Shown piece by piece: positions 26,625 to 39,214 of a DNA stretch of 64,000 bases (its first letter is position 1; the number at the start of each line of letters is the position of its first letter). Under the pieces are notes generated by a model. It was not told the origin of the DNA. It saw only the letters and a program-made list of their open reading frames with translations, and searched no databases. This DNA is from Mobula hypostoma (lineage: Eukaryota): positions 236,904,001 through 236,968,000 of the forward strand of contig NC_086097.1 of assembly GCF_963921235.1 (NCBI RefSeq), read 5' to 3'. A program made the position numbers and the translations under genes.

Positions 26625-29599
26625 AAAGGTTCCAAGGTTCATTTTTATTGTCAAAGGATGCATGTACAATACAACCCTGACATTTGTCTTCTCTAGATAC
26701 TTTATACTTTATACTTTATTGTCACCAAACAATTGGTTGCATGGATGAACTACAAATGGCAAGCATTTATAGGTTGCGTGGATGAACTACAACAATTTTT
26801 CATCCCAGTTTGGCAAAAGAATAAATCAAGGAAGGTAGTGCACCCGTGGCTGACAAGAGAAATTAGGGATAGTATCAATTCCAAAGAAGTAGCATACAAA
26901 TTAGCCAGAGAAAGTGGCTCACCTGAGGACTGGGAGAAATTCAGAGTTCAGCAGAGGAGGACAAAGGGCTTAATTAGGAAGGGGAAAAAAGATTATGAGA
27001 GAAAACTGGCAGAGAACATAAAACGGACTGTAAAAGCTTTTATAGATATGTAAAAAGGAAAAGACTGGTAAAGACAAATGTAGGTCCCCTGCAGACAGAA
27101 ACAGGTGAATTGATTATGGGGAGCAAGGACATGGCAGACCAATTGAATAATTACTTTGGTTCTGTCTTCACTAAGGAGGACATAAATAATCTTCCAGAAA
27201 TAGTAGGGGACAGAGGGTCCAGTGAGATGGAGGAACTGAGCGAAATACATGTTAGTAGGGAAGTGGTGTTAGGTAAATTGAAGGGATTGAAGGCTGATAA
27301 ATCCCCAGGGCCAGATGGTCTGCATCCCAGAGTACTTAAGGAAGTAGCCCAAGAAATAGTGGATGCATTAGTGATAATTTTTCAAAACTCGTTAGATTCT
27401 GGACTAGTTCCTGAGGATTGGAGGGTGGCTAATGTAACCCCAATTTTTAAAAAAGGAGGGAGAGAGAAACCGGGGAATTATAGACTGGTTAGCCTAACGT
27501 CGGTGGTGGGGAAACTGCTGGAGTCAGTTATCAAAGATGTGATAACAGCACATTTGGAAAGCGGAGAAATGATCGGACAAAGTCAGCATGGATTTGTGAA
27601 AGGAAAATCATGTCTGACGAATCTCATAGAATTTTTTGAGGATGTAACTAGTAGAGTGGATAGGGGAGAACCAGTGGATGTGGTATATTTGGATTTTCAA
27701 AAGGCTTTTGACAAGGTCCCACACAGGAGATTAGTGTGCAAACTTAAAGCACACGGTATTGGGGGTAAGGTATTGGTGTGGGTGGAGAATTGGTTAGCAG
27801 ACAGGAAGCAAAGAGTGGGAATAAACGGGACCTTTTCAGAATGGCAGGCAGTGACTAGTGGGGTACCGCAAGGCTCAGTGCTGGGACCCCAGTTGTTTAC
27901 AATATATATTAATGACTTGGATGAGGGAATTAAATGCAGCATCTCCAAGTTTGCAGATGACACGAAGCTGAGCGGCAGTGTTAGCAGTGAGGAGGATGCT
28001 AAGAGGATGCAGGGTGACTTGGATAGGTTGGGTAAGTGGGCAAACTCATGGCAGATGCAATTTAATGTGGATAAATGTGAAGTTATCCACTTTGGTGGCA
28101 AAAATAGGAAAACAGATTATTATCTGAATGGTGGCCGATTAGGAAAAGGGGAGGTGCAACGAGACCTGGGTGTCATTATACACCAGTCATTGAAAGTGGG
28201 CATGCAGGTGCAGCAGGCGGTGAAAAAGGCGAATGGTATGCTGGCATTTATAGCGAGAGGATTCGAGTATAGGAGCAGGGAGGTACTACTGCAGTTGTAC
28301 AAGGCCTTGGTGAGACCACACCTGGAGTATTGTGTGCAGTTTTGGTCCCCTAATCTGAGGAAAGACATCTTTGCCATAGAGGGAGTACAAAGAAGGTTCA
28401 CCAGATTGATTCCTGGGATGGCAGGACTTTCATATGAAGATAGACTGGATGAACTGGGCTTGTACTCGTTGGAATTTAGAAGATTGAGGGGGGATCTGAT
28501 TGAAACGTATAAGATCCTAAAGGGATTGGACAGGCTAGATGCAGGAAGATTGTTCCCGATGTTGGGGAAGTCCAGAACGAGGGGTCACAGTCTGAGGATA
28601 GAGGGGAAGCCTTTTAAGACCGACGTTAGGAAAAACTTCTTCACACAGAGAGTGGTGAATCTGTGGAATTCTCTGCCACAGCAAACTGTTGAGGCCAGTT
28701 CATTGGCTATGTTTAAGAAGGAGTTAGATATGGCCCTTATGGCTACAGGGGTCAGGGGGTATGGAGGGAAGGCTGGGGCGGGGTTCTGAGTTGGATGATC
28801 AGCCATGATCATAATAAATGGCGGTGCAGGCTCGAAGGGCCGAATGGCCTACTCCTGCACCTATTTTCTATGTTTCTATGTTTCTATGATACTAGAACGT
28901 ACAATCATCATAGCGATATTTGATTCTGCGCTTCCTGCTCCCTGGATTACAAACTGATAGTAAATATTAAAAACTTAAATTATAAATCATAAATAGAAAA
29001 TAGAAAAATGGAAAATAAGATAGTGCAAAAATAACCGAGATGCAGGTCCGGCTATTTGGAGGGTACGGCCCAGATCCGGGTCAGGATCCGTTCAGTAGTC
29101 TTGTCACAGTTGGAAAGAAGCTGTTCCTAAATCTGCCCGTATGAGTCTTCAAGCTCCTGAGCCTTCTCCCGGAGGGACGAGGGACGAAGAGTGTGTTGGC
29201 TGGGTGGGTCGTGTCCTTGATTATCCTGGCAGTGCTGCTCCGACAGCGTGTGGTGTAAAGTGAGTCCAAGGATGGAAGATTGGTTTGTCATGACATACAG
29301 AAAATCATAGTAGTTGTTGAAAGAAAAGACATCTACTCCCCCATCCCTGGCATGAAAATGAAAAAGAAACAAAACTTGTAAACCCCAACCCCCCCCGCAG
29401 AAAAAAGCGACGAGAGCATCAAATCCCCAACCACCTCACTCGCAGAAAAGAACCGTGACAAAATCATTAAAATCCCAAAGCCCCGCTCACACACAAAATA
29501 CTAACAGATCACCCAGACAGAAAAGCACCCTCAAGGACAGACTCTAAATCATCAAACCCTCCCTTTCACAAAAACTTCCATATCAGCCACAAGAAAGAA
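26625..29599 (-). mobile_element. Nested Rex-type insertions in Gypsy gag: outer element (26625-26697, ~29290-29599), inner Rex1 3' end (26698-26735, 28888-29290)
   Basis: ORF 29081-29269 (HPANTLFVPRPSGRRLRSLKTHTGRFRNSFFP). (tacttta)n tail at 26698-26720. Gypsy gag resumes across 26624/29600. Confidence 0.7.
26733..28887 (+). mobile_element. Young CR1 LINE, 5'-truncated, with an open RT ORF (27110-28789, 559 aa)
   Basis: NYRLVSLTS, QHGFVKGKSC, LDFQKAFD, GVPQGS, KFADD. (tttctatg)n tail. Near-identical to the copies at 55674 and 58495. Confidence 0.97.
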
Positions 29600-30476
29600 A
29601 ACACTGTCTGACCATAGTAATAGCTTTCTCCGGGTTAAGATTTGCCTGCAACTGAAATCTCTCTGAAAATTTGGTGCCCGTAGCCTGACAACAATCCCAT
29701 CGCTAATGAGTTCATCTCTTAGGTTTCCATATGCTCAGCTGTCTGACAGAGCATACAATGCTGTGATGAAGTAATTTACATTTTCATCTGGCGCCTGTTT
29801 TCCAGACTTGAACTTTACCTTATATATCACATTTCTCTTTCCCTTGAAATATCCTTTGAAACTGTCCTGCACTGTTTTGTACACTTTTTATTCTGAGCAT
29901 CTGTCAGTCCTTATTCACCTATGATGTCATCTGCGTTGTCACCATGCAGTATATCAGTGTGCTTACTTGATGCTCTTCTGAAGCCTGAGTGACATTGCTT
30001 GCAACACCAAATATCTTAAAGCATCTGAACCATCTCTCAAAGTCCACTCGTTCAGAGAAATCAAATGTCTCGGTGGGGGGGGGGGTTATTAGGTAAAAAG
30101 ATGTAGATACTGCAGGTATTTGCTCAATTTTCCCATTTGATTATTTTTTACTTTGCTTATTTGGACCACAAAAGTCTTCTTTTCTCTCCCTGAGAGTTTG
30201 ACTAACTTCTCTGCTGTGACTGTGTCTCTGTGCACTTCCTCAGGCTAGTGACCCACAGATTATTACAATGTATCCACTTTTGGGTGTAGCTCGAAGATGT
30301 TGTCTAGCGACCCTTTCCCAGCTCATATACTTAGCAAACTAGCATAGACAGTTAAGGTTGGTATGCCTCTGAACATTTTTCATAGATACAGTATATGCAA
30401 ACAAGAAGAGTCTTATTGTAAATTCTTTCTTGTTGGGGAGCTCACTTGCTGGCAGAACCAACTCATCGATGATCAA

Positions 30477-30491
30477 CCACTTTTGACACCA
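30477..30491 (-). promoter_or_regulatory. Primer-binding site (tRNA-Leu type)
   Basis: TGGTGTCAAAAGTGG immediately follows the LTR-terminal CA and is complementary, with one mismatch, to the tRNA-Leu 3' end (…CCACUUCUGACACCA). Confidence 0.7.
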
Positions 30492-33400
30492 TGTCGTGTT
30501 CATTATTGAGGGATCGTGCAGAGCACGTGAGGATGTCAGCATGCAGGGTACTCAACAGAACTTTATTGATAACCCAGCTTGTGCAGTTTGTGAACTTCTC
30601 CCCTGTGGGAATGGCTCACTGAGTGACATCGGAATAAAGCTATTCACTCCCACTACAACAGCCATGGGTACTTGTGATAAATCAGGTTCACAGGTTCGGT
30701 GACTGGGGACAGAAGACACTCACTAACAGTATGCAGATTAACTATTTATTTAGGTAACGCCCTGGTTCATATTTATGTTGTATGTGTTTCATTTTGGCAG
30801 ATCTGTAAGAGCAGTCTGTTCTGTTTTTATGCTTGTTTGGGTTACTGTTGAAAATAAGAGAGAGGAGAAATGTGTGCCATCCAATTAGGATGGTCGGATT
30901 AAGGGAATGTTTCTCAGGTGAGGGACACCAAGGTTGGGCTCAGAGCTTTTGCTCGAGAGGAGGTGGAGAGAGAAGACACTAGAGAGAACTGGTCGTAGCA
31001 TACGATCTGGTTGGAGACCCGTTTGTTGGCGATGGATTGCGAGCGACGTTTGAAAGGGGGTGTGTGCTTTCACGTTGACCGAGGGCCCAGCGTGTGAGTG
31101 ACAGGGAAGTTCAAGGTGAGCTCCAAATTGAGCACATTTGACTGCTAAATCAGAATGAGCCTTTTCCTATTTGTTATTCTTTACTAACCCTTCAGTTAAG
31201 ATTCATAAATGTAATTCCTTTAATCGTGTGCAGTGTACTCTTTGTTATTTTATGGCATTAATTTGTAACGGTAGCGAATTTCAGGGCATCCAAACAAATG
31301 GGGGGGGGGCTCGTGCCTCAATGTCACAGGTTTGGTGGGGGCCGGAGATTGTCTCACGCAGCCGAAGAAACAAGAGTTGGGTATCATCCGGGATCAACTT
31401 TGCTGGATGTCGTGTGATTGCCCAGAGCATTGATCCAGTGGGTTGTGCGTTTAAGTCTGTGTCGAACTATTGTTTGTTAAAGTGATTACGATACGTGGTT
31501 ATGGATGCTGCAGGGGTGGAGCGGAGGTTTGATGAAGTCTCTGTTCTAGTTCAGACTAGCTCTGACATAATGGCCTGGTACTACAGGGGCCCCGGGAGAG
31601 GGGAGCCGTGGGCTGCCCATACTTTCCGGAAGGAGGGGAGTGAAGATGAGGGTGCTGAATCACAAGTCGAGTTTCCCGTAGCTGGGGGCGGAGACGCTAA
31701 AGACAAATTGCTCTCTTTTCTGCGGAGCGAGGGGAAGGAGTGGTCTGATGTGGAAGGTCTAATGAGTCCTTCAGTGAGGGCTGAGCATTCTGAGTTGGTA
31801 GTGGCCCTTATCTCCTGGCAAATAAATGGCAAAATGCCCAGGTTCAAAGTTCCAGCCTGTTTTCAGGAACGAAGCCCACCACTAAAGGGGAAGAGGAGTA
31901 CGAGACTCGGGCGGAGCAGACCTCTCAGTTGCTGGATGACTGGCAGTGCCCTGATGATGGAAAAAGATAGCAATTGGTTGAGAGTTTGAAGGGGCTGTCT
32001 GTTGACGTAGTGAGATCCGTAAATACACAGAACTCCTTTGCTACGGCCTACATGCAAATGCTAGAAAAGGTGTTGGGCATGACAGGAAGCCCATTGGAGC
32101 TTTTGATGGGGTTTCAGAACATTATTCAGGAAAAGGGGAAGAAGCTTTCTGCCTACATTTTTCGTTTAGAGAGGCAGCTAAGTTGCTTGCGGCATAGAGG
32201 GACCATTCAGACAGCTGAGGTGGATCAGCTAAGAATGGACGAAGTGGCGAAAGGTGCCCATCTGTCGGACCTGATCGTCTGGGGTGTCTGAATGTCTTGT
32301 AAGATGTGCCCCCCCTCCCTAGTTTGTCGAGTTGATCAGAGAAGTAAGAGAGGAGGAGAATTCGATGGAGGCACAGAAGTCCTCCGTCCGCAGGGTGCAG
32401 TCCTCGGTAGTGGACTCCTTGGCTGAGTTGACCACTGATAACCCACCCCGGGGAGTGGTGAAGGAGCTTGTGGCAGTTTAGGACTGAGGTGTCCCGGTTG
32501 TGATCAGCAGGTGTGCCCCCCCCCCACCCCAGTACCCCAGAGCTGATAAGGAGGTGGTCCCCCTAAGGGGACAGACTACGCAGAGGGCTGCTAGTGGCCA
32601 GGGTCCCATGAGAAGGGGAGCGGCCGGTATTGTCTGTTATAACTGTGGTGAAGAGGGACACTTCAGGCGTGAGTGTGAATGATGGGAAACCCCTCGGAGA
32701 GTGAGCCCCCGGGTACCTAAGCGGAGAGACCCAGTGAGGGAATGGCCTGGCATCTCGGGGGGAACACGTTCCCAGGAATTTATCAAGGAACACTCTAAAG
32801 CAAAAAACCCTATTTCTGAAGGCTTAGTGGGGCCAAGCTCCAGTGTATCGCTGTGGTTGAGGGGTTTTTATGCTAAAGCCATATTTGACACCATTCAGTG
32901 TGCTAGAGATCTGGGGTCTTAGTACAGATGACTATCCGTGCGATGGTTCATTGAAGCTGGAGTTTTCGGAGGCAGTTTGGGAGTAGTTGATGTTCTTGAT
33001 ACATTAATGCTGGTTTGTCCGGACCCGGTAGAAAGGGACGAAGCTTCAATTCTTGTGGGGATGAATACTCCTATAGTGAGGAGGCTAGTGGGACCCTGCA
33101 AGGAGAAAGTTAGAGAGAGCTTTCTGAAAACATTGTCCACTCACTCGATGTTCCGAGCTGCTGTTGAGGAAGTGCATGGCCGCACTGGACTGGATGCTGA
33201 GCATAAATGAGGGACTGTGTGGTTCACCCAGTCAAAACCAGTTGTGTTACCGCCTGGGGAAGTAACGAGAGTGATGGGAAACCTCAAATTTCCCAGAATG
33301 CCTGCAGCCGAGGCCCTCTTGGGGGATGGTCTGGAAGGCCACGAAGAGGAGTTAGGCATACCTGCAGGGGTGCTGGTGAGGCCCGAAATGCAGAAGCCCT

Positions 33401-34008
33401 CGGTTGTACAGGTGAACAGGATGACAGTGAGTGTCAGGAACACTTCAGAGCAGGAGGTCATCCTCAGGCAGGGGATGCCAATGGCTCACCTCTTCCTGGT
33501 GATGGTAATGCCTAGTTTCATCACAAACAGGGAGAAACTCTCTTCGAAAAGGGGAAAGTTGACTGCTGAGTCATTCAACTTTGGGGACTCCCCTGTACCT
33601 GGAGGTTGGAAGAAGAGGTTGATGGAGAAAATGTTGAAGCTGGAGGATGTCTTTACTACTGATGAGTTTGATGTGGGCCGCTCCAAGAGCACTCGCCACA
33701 CCATCCGAGTGCCAGAGGACACCCCATTCAGAGAGAGATTGCGGTGACTGGCACCTGCAGCGGTGCAGGATATTCAGCAGCATTTGTGGAAGTTGAAAGA
33801 AGCTGGGATCATCACTGAGTCCTTGCGTGTCTCCAATAGTAGTGGGCAGGAAGAAGAATGGGAAGGTACAGATGTGCGTGGACTATCGGACTTTGAACAG
33901 GCGTACAATTTCCAACCAGTATACAGTCCCGAGAATCGAGGATGCACTGGCCTGCCTGAATGATGCACAATGTTTCAGTGTGCTGGACTTGAGGAGTGAT
34001 TATTACCA

Positions 34009-34164
34009 ATTATTACACTCTTCCTTCAGTTAGTCCTGACGAAGGGTTTCGGCCTGAAACGTCGACTGCACCTCTTCCTACAGATGCTGCCTGGCCTGCT
34101 GCGTTCACCAGCAACTTTGATGTGTGTTGCTTGAATTTCCAGCATCTGCAGAATTCCTGTTGTT
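34009..34164 (+). mobile_element. Short Penelope-like pLTR derivative inserted in Gypsy RT
   Basis: 14-bp TSD agtgattattacca (33995-34008 / 34165-34178). Sequence nearly identical to 18884-18995 and to the reverse complement of 50803-50945. Confidence 0.92.
34032..34067 (+). ncRNA. Minimal type-I hammerhead ribozyme motif (intact core)
   Basis: agtc-CTGACGA-agggtttcggcct-GAAA-cg-TC-gact, with predicted cleavage after C34063. Confidence 0.75.
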
Positions 34165-35984
34165 AGTGATTATTACCAGATATCCATGAGTGAGACTGAT
34201 CTGAAGTGTGATTCTGATACGAGAAGGGAGCTGAAAAAGGCATGAACTAGCAGAGGTCTTGGCAGCCAAGCAGAATCAAGGAAATAAGAGGAGGTATGGT
34301 CAAAAAGTTAGGCTCTCCCTACTCATGCCTGAAGACCGAGTCCTCATAAAGAATTTGGGGCTACCCGGGAAGCGTAAGTTGGCTGACCGCTGGGCAGCTA
34401 CACCTGATGTAGTGGCAGAGAGACCTGAGTTGCCGGAAGGCATGGGTCATAGACAGGGGAAGACCTCACCATGTAGACCAGAAGTATCCCAAGGAATGCC
34501 TGAAACTAAACATGTTGATGATGGGATATGAAGGTCTCAAAGAGTCAGGAGACCTCCAGACAAGCTGGCCTATGTAGCACCGGGGGAACAGATAGTTGCG
34601 ACTATCCCCCTGGTGAGATATGTCACTACCATTTACAAATGGATTGGCAGTTCTGACATCATGAAATTTCTTTGAAAATGTTGTTATTAATGATGAGATG
34701 ACGAATTATTTCAAAGTCATAGGACGTGACTATTTTAGTGGGGGGGGGGGAATGTAATGCCCTGGTTCATTTTTTTTTACTGTCATGCTGTATGTATTTC
34801 ATTTTGGCAGATCTGTAAGAGCAGTCTGTTCTGTTTTCATGCTTGTTTGGGTTACTGTTGAAGATAAGAGAGAGGAGAAATATGTGTCATCCAATTAGGA
34901 TGGTCGGATTAAGGGGGGTTTTCTCTGGTGAGGGACGCTAAGGTTGGACTTGGAGCTTTTGTTTGAGATGAGATTAAATTCCTCATGTTTAAGAGAGATG
35001 ACGCTGGGGAGCCCCAGTTGTAGCACACGATCCGGTGGGAGACCTGTTTGTTCAAGATGGATTGCGAGCGATGTTCAGAAGGCGGTGTGTGCTTTCACGT
35101 TGACCGAGGGCCCTGCGTGTGAGTGACAGAGAGGTTCAAGATGAGATCCAACTTGAGCTCATTTGACTGTTCAACTAGAATGGACCCTTTTCTTTTTGTT
35201 ATTTATTAACCCTTTAGTTAAGATTCCTAAATGTACTTTCTTTAACAGTATGCAGTGTGCTGTCTGTTTGTTTGTGGCATTGATTTTTAATAGGGTAGCA
35301 AGTGACACAGCATCCATGCAAACCGGGGTTTGGGGTGGGATCGGGTGTGCCTCAGTCTCACGAGTTCGGGGGGCCGGAGGTTGTCTTCCCTGGACTTATG
35401 CAGCCAAGGAAGCCAGGGTGTTTCATTTACAGGACAAAATGGATGCTAAGAATTCGGTAAGCCTGTAAAGCTAAACTCAGTTACAGATACTGATTTAAAA
35501 TGAACACCCAAAATGGCAGGACAAAACAGACACTAAACACACACAGAGTGGCAAATACTTACCTAAGGTGTGCACCTGGGCCCTCGGCGCTGCTGCACAC
35601 CCCCACTGTCTATCATTACCATGGCACCTTCATCTACCTGGCCCACGATGACCTGAGAGGAAAAGGGACCATGTGGTTACAATATGCTAGATTTAAACCC
35701 CACCAGTGCTATGACGACAGCTGCAAAATGGGAGCTAGGTGCTACAGAGGTCAATCCGCGCCTCCCATGCTGTAGCAGGTTTTGACTAGGAAGTAAGTTA
35801 AGACACTTACTGCAACATTACTTCAGTAAGCATATTATTTTAAGATGTTTAGAAACCTACCAATCCTCAAAATCGGTGGACTCCTGACTGCATAGAAGCA
35901 GCATATCCTTTTTTTTCAATCAAATTCAATTAATCTGATTAAAAGCATAAATGCAAGGAAGATTCTCTTATTTCCGGTGAACAC

Positions 35985-36265
35985 CAATTGGAGTTCAATT
36001 GTCTCTGCTGTCTGTAAGGAGTTTGTATCTTCTCCCTGTGACCACATGAGATTCCCCCAGGTGCTCCAGGTTCCTCCCATTTTCCAACGATGATGGTTAG
36101 TTTTAGAGTTAGTAAGCTATGGGCATGCAATTTTGGTACCAGAAGTTTGGCAACAGTTGCAGGCTGCCTCAGCTCATCTTTGCTGATTTGATTTGGCATA
36201 AACAACACGTCTCATTTTATGTTTCGATGTACAAGTGACACATAAGGCTACTGTTTAAATCTTTA
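35985..36265 (+). mobile_element. V-SINE/HE1-like SINE
   Basis: ggagttcaatt...ggagtttgtatcttctccctgtgacc...ggtgctccaggttcctccc core. Confidence 0.7.
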
Positions 36266-36325
36266 ATCCTTAGCTTTGTAATGCATACTTAAAAATAAAA
36301 CTAGGCAGATGCATAATATATTTGG

Positions 36326-37065
36326 ACTACGAAAATCTGCAGATGCTGGAAATCCAAAATAAAATGAGAAGACATTGGAAGCTCACAGCAAGTCTAGCAG
36401 CAGTGGAGAGAGACATCAAGCTGATGTTTCAGGTAAAGGACCTTTCATCAGAAATGGAGAAGTGAAAAGCCAAGTTTGTTTTATGATGCAGAGTGGGAGG
36501 TTGTTCGGAGAAGCCAGCCAATGTCTGCGATAGTGGGTAGACAAAAATTGTTTGCTAATTAGTTATAAAGCAAATTTTAAAAAAAAAGAAAGGTGTAGAC
36601 ATATTTGTGGAGAGAAAGAAAATGGAAATTATACCTGAAGTTGTTAAATTCGATAGTAAGAACTGACACAAGGTACTCTGCGGGTCCTGGAAATCCGTAA
36701 CACACAAACAAATTGATGGAGGAATGCAACAGGATTATTAAAAGGAATAAAGAGCCAACATTGTGGTTGGAAGTAGGTACAGAGGAGATCTCAGGGGTAA
36801 GTTCTTTACGCAGAGAGTGGTGAATGTGTGGAATGGGCTGCCAGTGGCAGTGGTGAAGGCGGAAACAATAGGGTCTTTAAGAGGCTCCTGGATGGATACA
36901 TGGAGCTTAGGAAAATAGGGAGCTATGGGTAAGCCTAGGTAGTTCTAAGGTAAGGACATGTTTGGCACAGCTTTGTGGGCCGAAGGGCCTGTATTGTGCT
37001 GTAGGTTTTCTATGTTTCTATGTTTTTATGTAACATTTTGGGCTGAGCTACTTCATCAGGATCCA
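36326..37065. mobile_element. Two degenerate PLE pLTR fragments (-; ~36326-36460 and ~36675-37065), the second interrupted by a CR1 3' end (+; ~36765-37030)
   Basis: ctgcagatgctggaaatcc ends, hammerhead-like tttcagg...tcatcag, and CR1 tail ttctatgtttctatgtttttatg. Confidence 0.7.
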
Positions 37066-37819
37066 ACAGCTACAACATGGCAAATTAGTTAAAAAACAGA
37101 TTAATGAAGGGCTTATCCTTGAGTTGATATTAGGCACTAATAGAGCAACGTAGGCAGCTGCATTCAGTGTGAGAGTGGAATGGAGACAGGAATTTCAGAG
37201 TCACCTTTGCAAAGAGAAGAAAGGTGTTCTGCAAAATGGTCACTTAATCTCAGGGTTAGGCGGTGAAGATCTGATTTTTCAGTGAATGTTCAAACTACTG
37301 AATTACAATTGTCCATCACCTAAGACACATTGATTCTGCATCATCTTTCATATTGACAGTACCTTCTACCAAAGCAAAAGTTGTATTCATTTTCCATGAT
37401 ACTCTCTGAATTGGGTCCATCATTATTCCTTGAAGAGCTCTTATAAAGTATCAATAATGTCGTCTTATAGCATCATTGCTATCTAACAAAATAAAAAGAA
37501 CAATCTCTTTATTGGAAAAAGTTTTCACTCAGTCTGATGCCTCAATTGCAAGCAGTTTGTTTTGACATGCTGTAATTGAAATATCAAGGAAAGTTTTTAA
37601 TAAAAACTTTTCTTTCTTCTAAAAATAATCTTATTGTGCAATATAAATTCCCTTAACTTAGGCCAATGAAATTACCTTTGAGATCATTGTTGCCCAATAA
37701 ACGTTTCCAGCATCCAACACAGAACATACAATTAGGTTAAACGATCAAAATATTAGATAAATGACAGGGTAACCTTCAATGGGAGAGACATACCTTTGAT
37801 TGGAACTGTAATTCGATGC

Positions 37820-39214
37820 TCACAGAGTCATAGTCAATCACCACTACAGTATAGAAGAAGGCCCTTCAGCTCATTTAGTCCATGCCAAACTGTTATTCTG
37901 CCTAGTCCCATCGACCTGCATCAGGAAAATAACCCTCCATATTCCTCCCATCCATGTACCTACCCAAAATTCTCTTAAATATTGAAATTGAGCCCGCATT
38001 GACAACTTCCACCACCCTCTGATTGAAGAAGCTCCCATTAGGATCCCCTTAAATATTTCACCTTTCACACTTAACATATGATCTCTAGTTCTAGTCTTAC
38101 CAGATGTCAATGGAAAAAAGCCTGCTTGCTTATTATACTCATAATTAGGTGTACCTCTATTAAATCTCCAGTCATTCTCCTACCCTCCAAGAAATAAAGT
38201 TCTAACCTATTTATTTATTATTTATTGAGATATAACGCAGAATAGACCCTTCCGGCTCTTTGAGTCATGCTGCATAGCAATCCCCAATTTAATCTCAGCC
38301 TAACCACATGACAATTAACAATGACCAATTAACTAATCAACTGGAATGTCTTTGGACTGTGGGAGGAAACCGAAAAATCTGTAGGGAATCCATACAGTTC
38401 CAGGAGAAAACACAATGCCCTTACAGGCAGTGGTGGGAAATGAACCCAGGTCGCCTGTACCATAGAGCGTTGTGCTAATTACTAAGCTAACGTTGCTCCC
38501 CAAGCCTATTCAATAATTCTGGCAATTTCTTGTTTATTTTCTTCTTGTGGGTACATGATGGAACTGCACACAATGCTCCAAATTTGACCTCACCAACATA
38601 TTATAAAACTTCAACATAACATCCAATTCCTGTACTCAATACTTTGATTTATGAAGGCCAATGTCCCAAAAGCTCTTCTTACAACCCTATCTACTTGTGA
38701 TACCAATTTCGAGGAACTATGGATCTGCATTCTCAGATCCCTCTGTTCTACCACACTCCTCAGTGCCATGCTGTTCACTGTATAAGTCCTACCCTGATCA
38801 GTCCTCCCAAAATGCAATACCTCACACTTGCCTACATTAAATTTCATTTGCCGTTCTTCATCCCTTTTTTCCAGCTTCACCAGATCCCTCTGCAAACTTT
38901 GATGGTTTTCTTTGCTGTCCAATGCACTATTAATCTTGGTGTCTTCTGAAAATTTGTGGCTCCAGTTTAACACATTATCATCCAGGTCATTGATATAGAT
39001 GACAAACAGCATCACTCACTGAGGCAAACCACTAGTCACAGGCCTCCAATCAGAGAGGCAACCATCTACTACCCCTCTCTGGCTTCTCCTGCAAAAATGT
39101 CAAATCTAATTTACTATCTCATTCGGAATGGCAAATGATAGATTATTCTTCACCAGCCTCCTATATGGGACTTTGTAAGTGGCCTCCTAAAGCCCACATA
39201 GACAATATCTACTG
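37820..39214 (-). mobile_element. CR1 RT/3' fragment with a nested V-SINE (~38210-38500, -)
   Basis: ORF 38611-39015 (FVIYINDLD...KCEVLHFG). The SINE has tRNA A/B boxes and a V-core on the minus strand. Confidence 0.85.

Larger units (their letters stand above)
20811..30657 (-). mobile_element. Old Gypsy provirus with both LTRs, heavily nested
   Basis: 3' LTR 20811-20970 with PPT agaaggggaga, and 5' LTR 30492-30657 (both TGTAGTGGGAG...CA). PBS tggtgtcaaaagtgg. Near-TSD acagt/acagc. gag at 30130-29600 and 26620-26350, protease MDTGAD at 26066-26269, RT at 25700-25200, RNase H TDHKPL at 24696-24923, integrase zinc finger at ~24200-24330. Confidence 0.88.
30753..35425 (+). mobile_element. Gypsy provirus with PNMA-like gag, internally deleted pol
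   Basis: LTRs 30753-~31378 and 34753-35425. TSD ttta/ttta. G-run PPT at 34738-34752. Degenerate tRNA-Pro-type PBS tgggtatcatccgggat. Zinc knuckle CYNCGEEGHFRREC. RT N-terminus SPIVVGRKKNGKVQMCVDYRTLN..VLDLRSDYYQ, then a jump to the integrase C-terminus. Confidence 0.93.
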
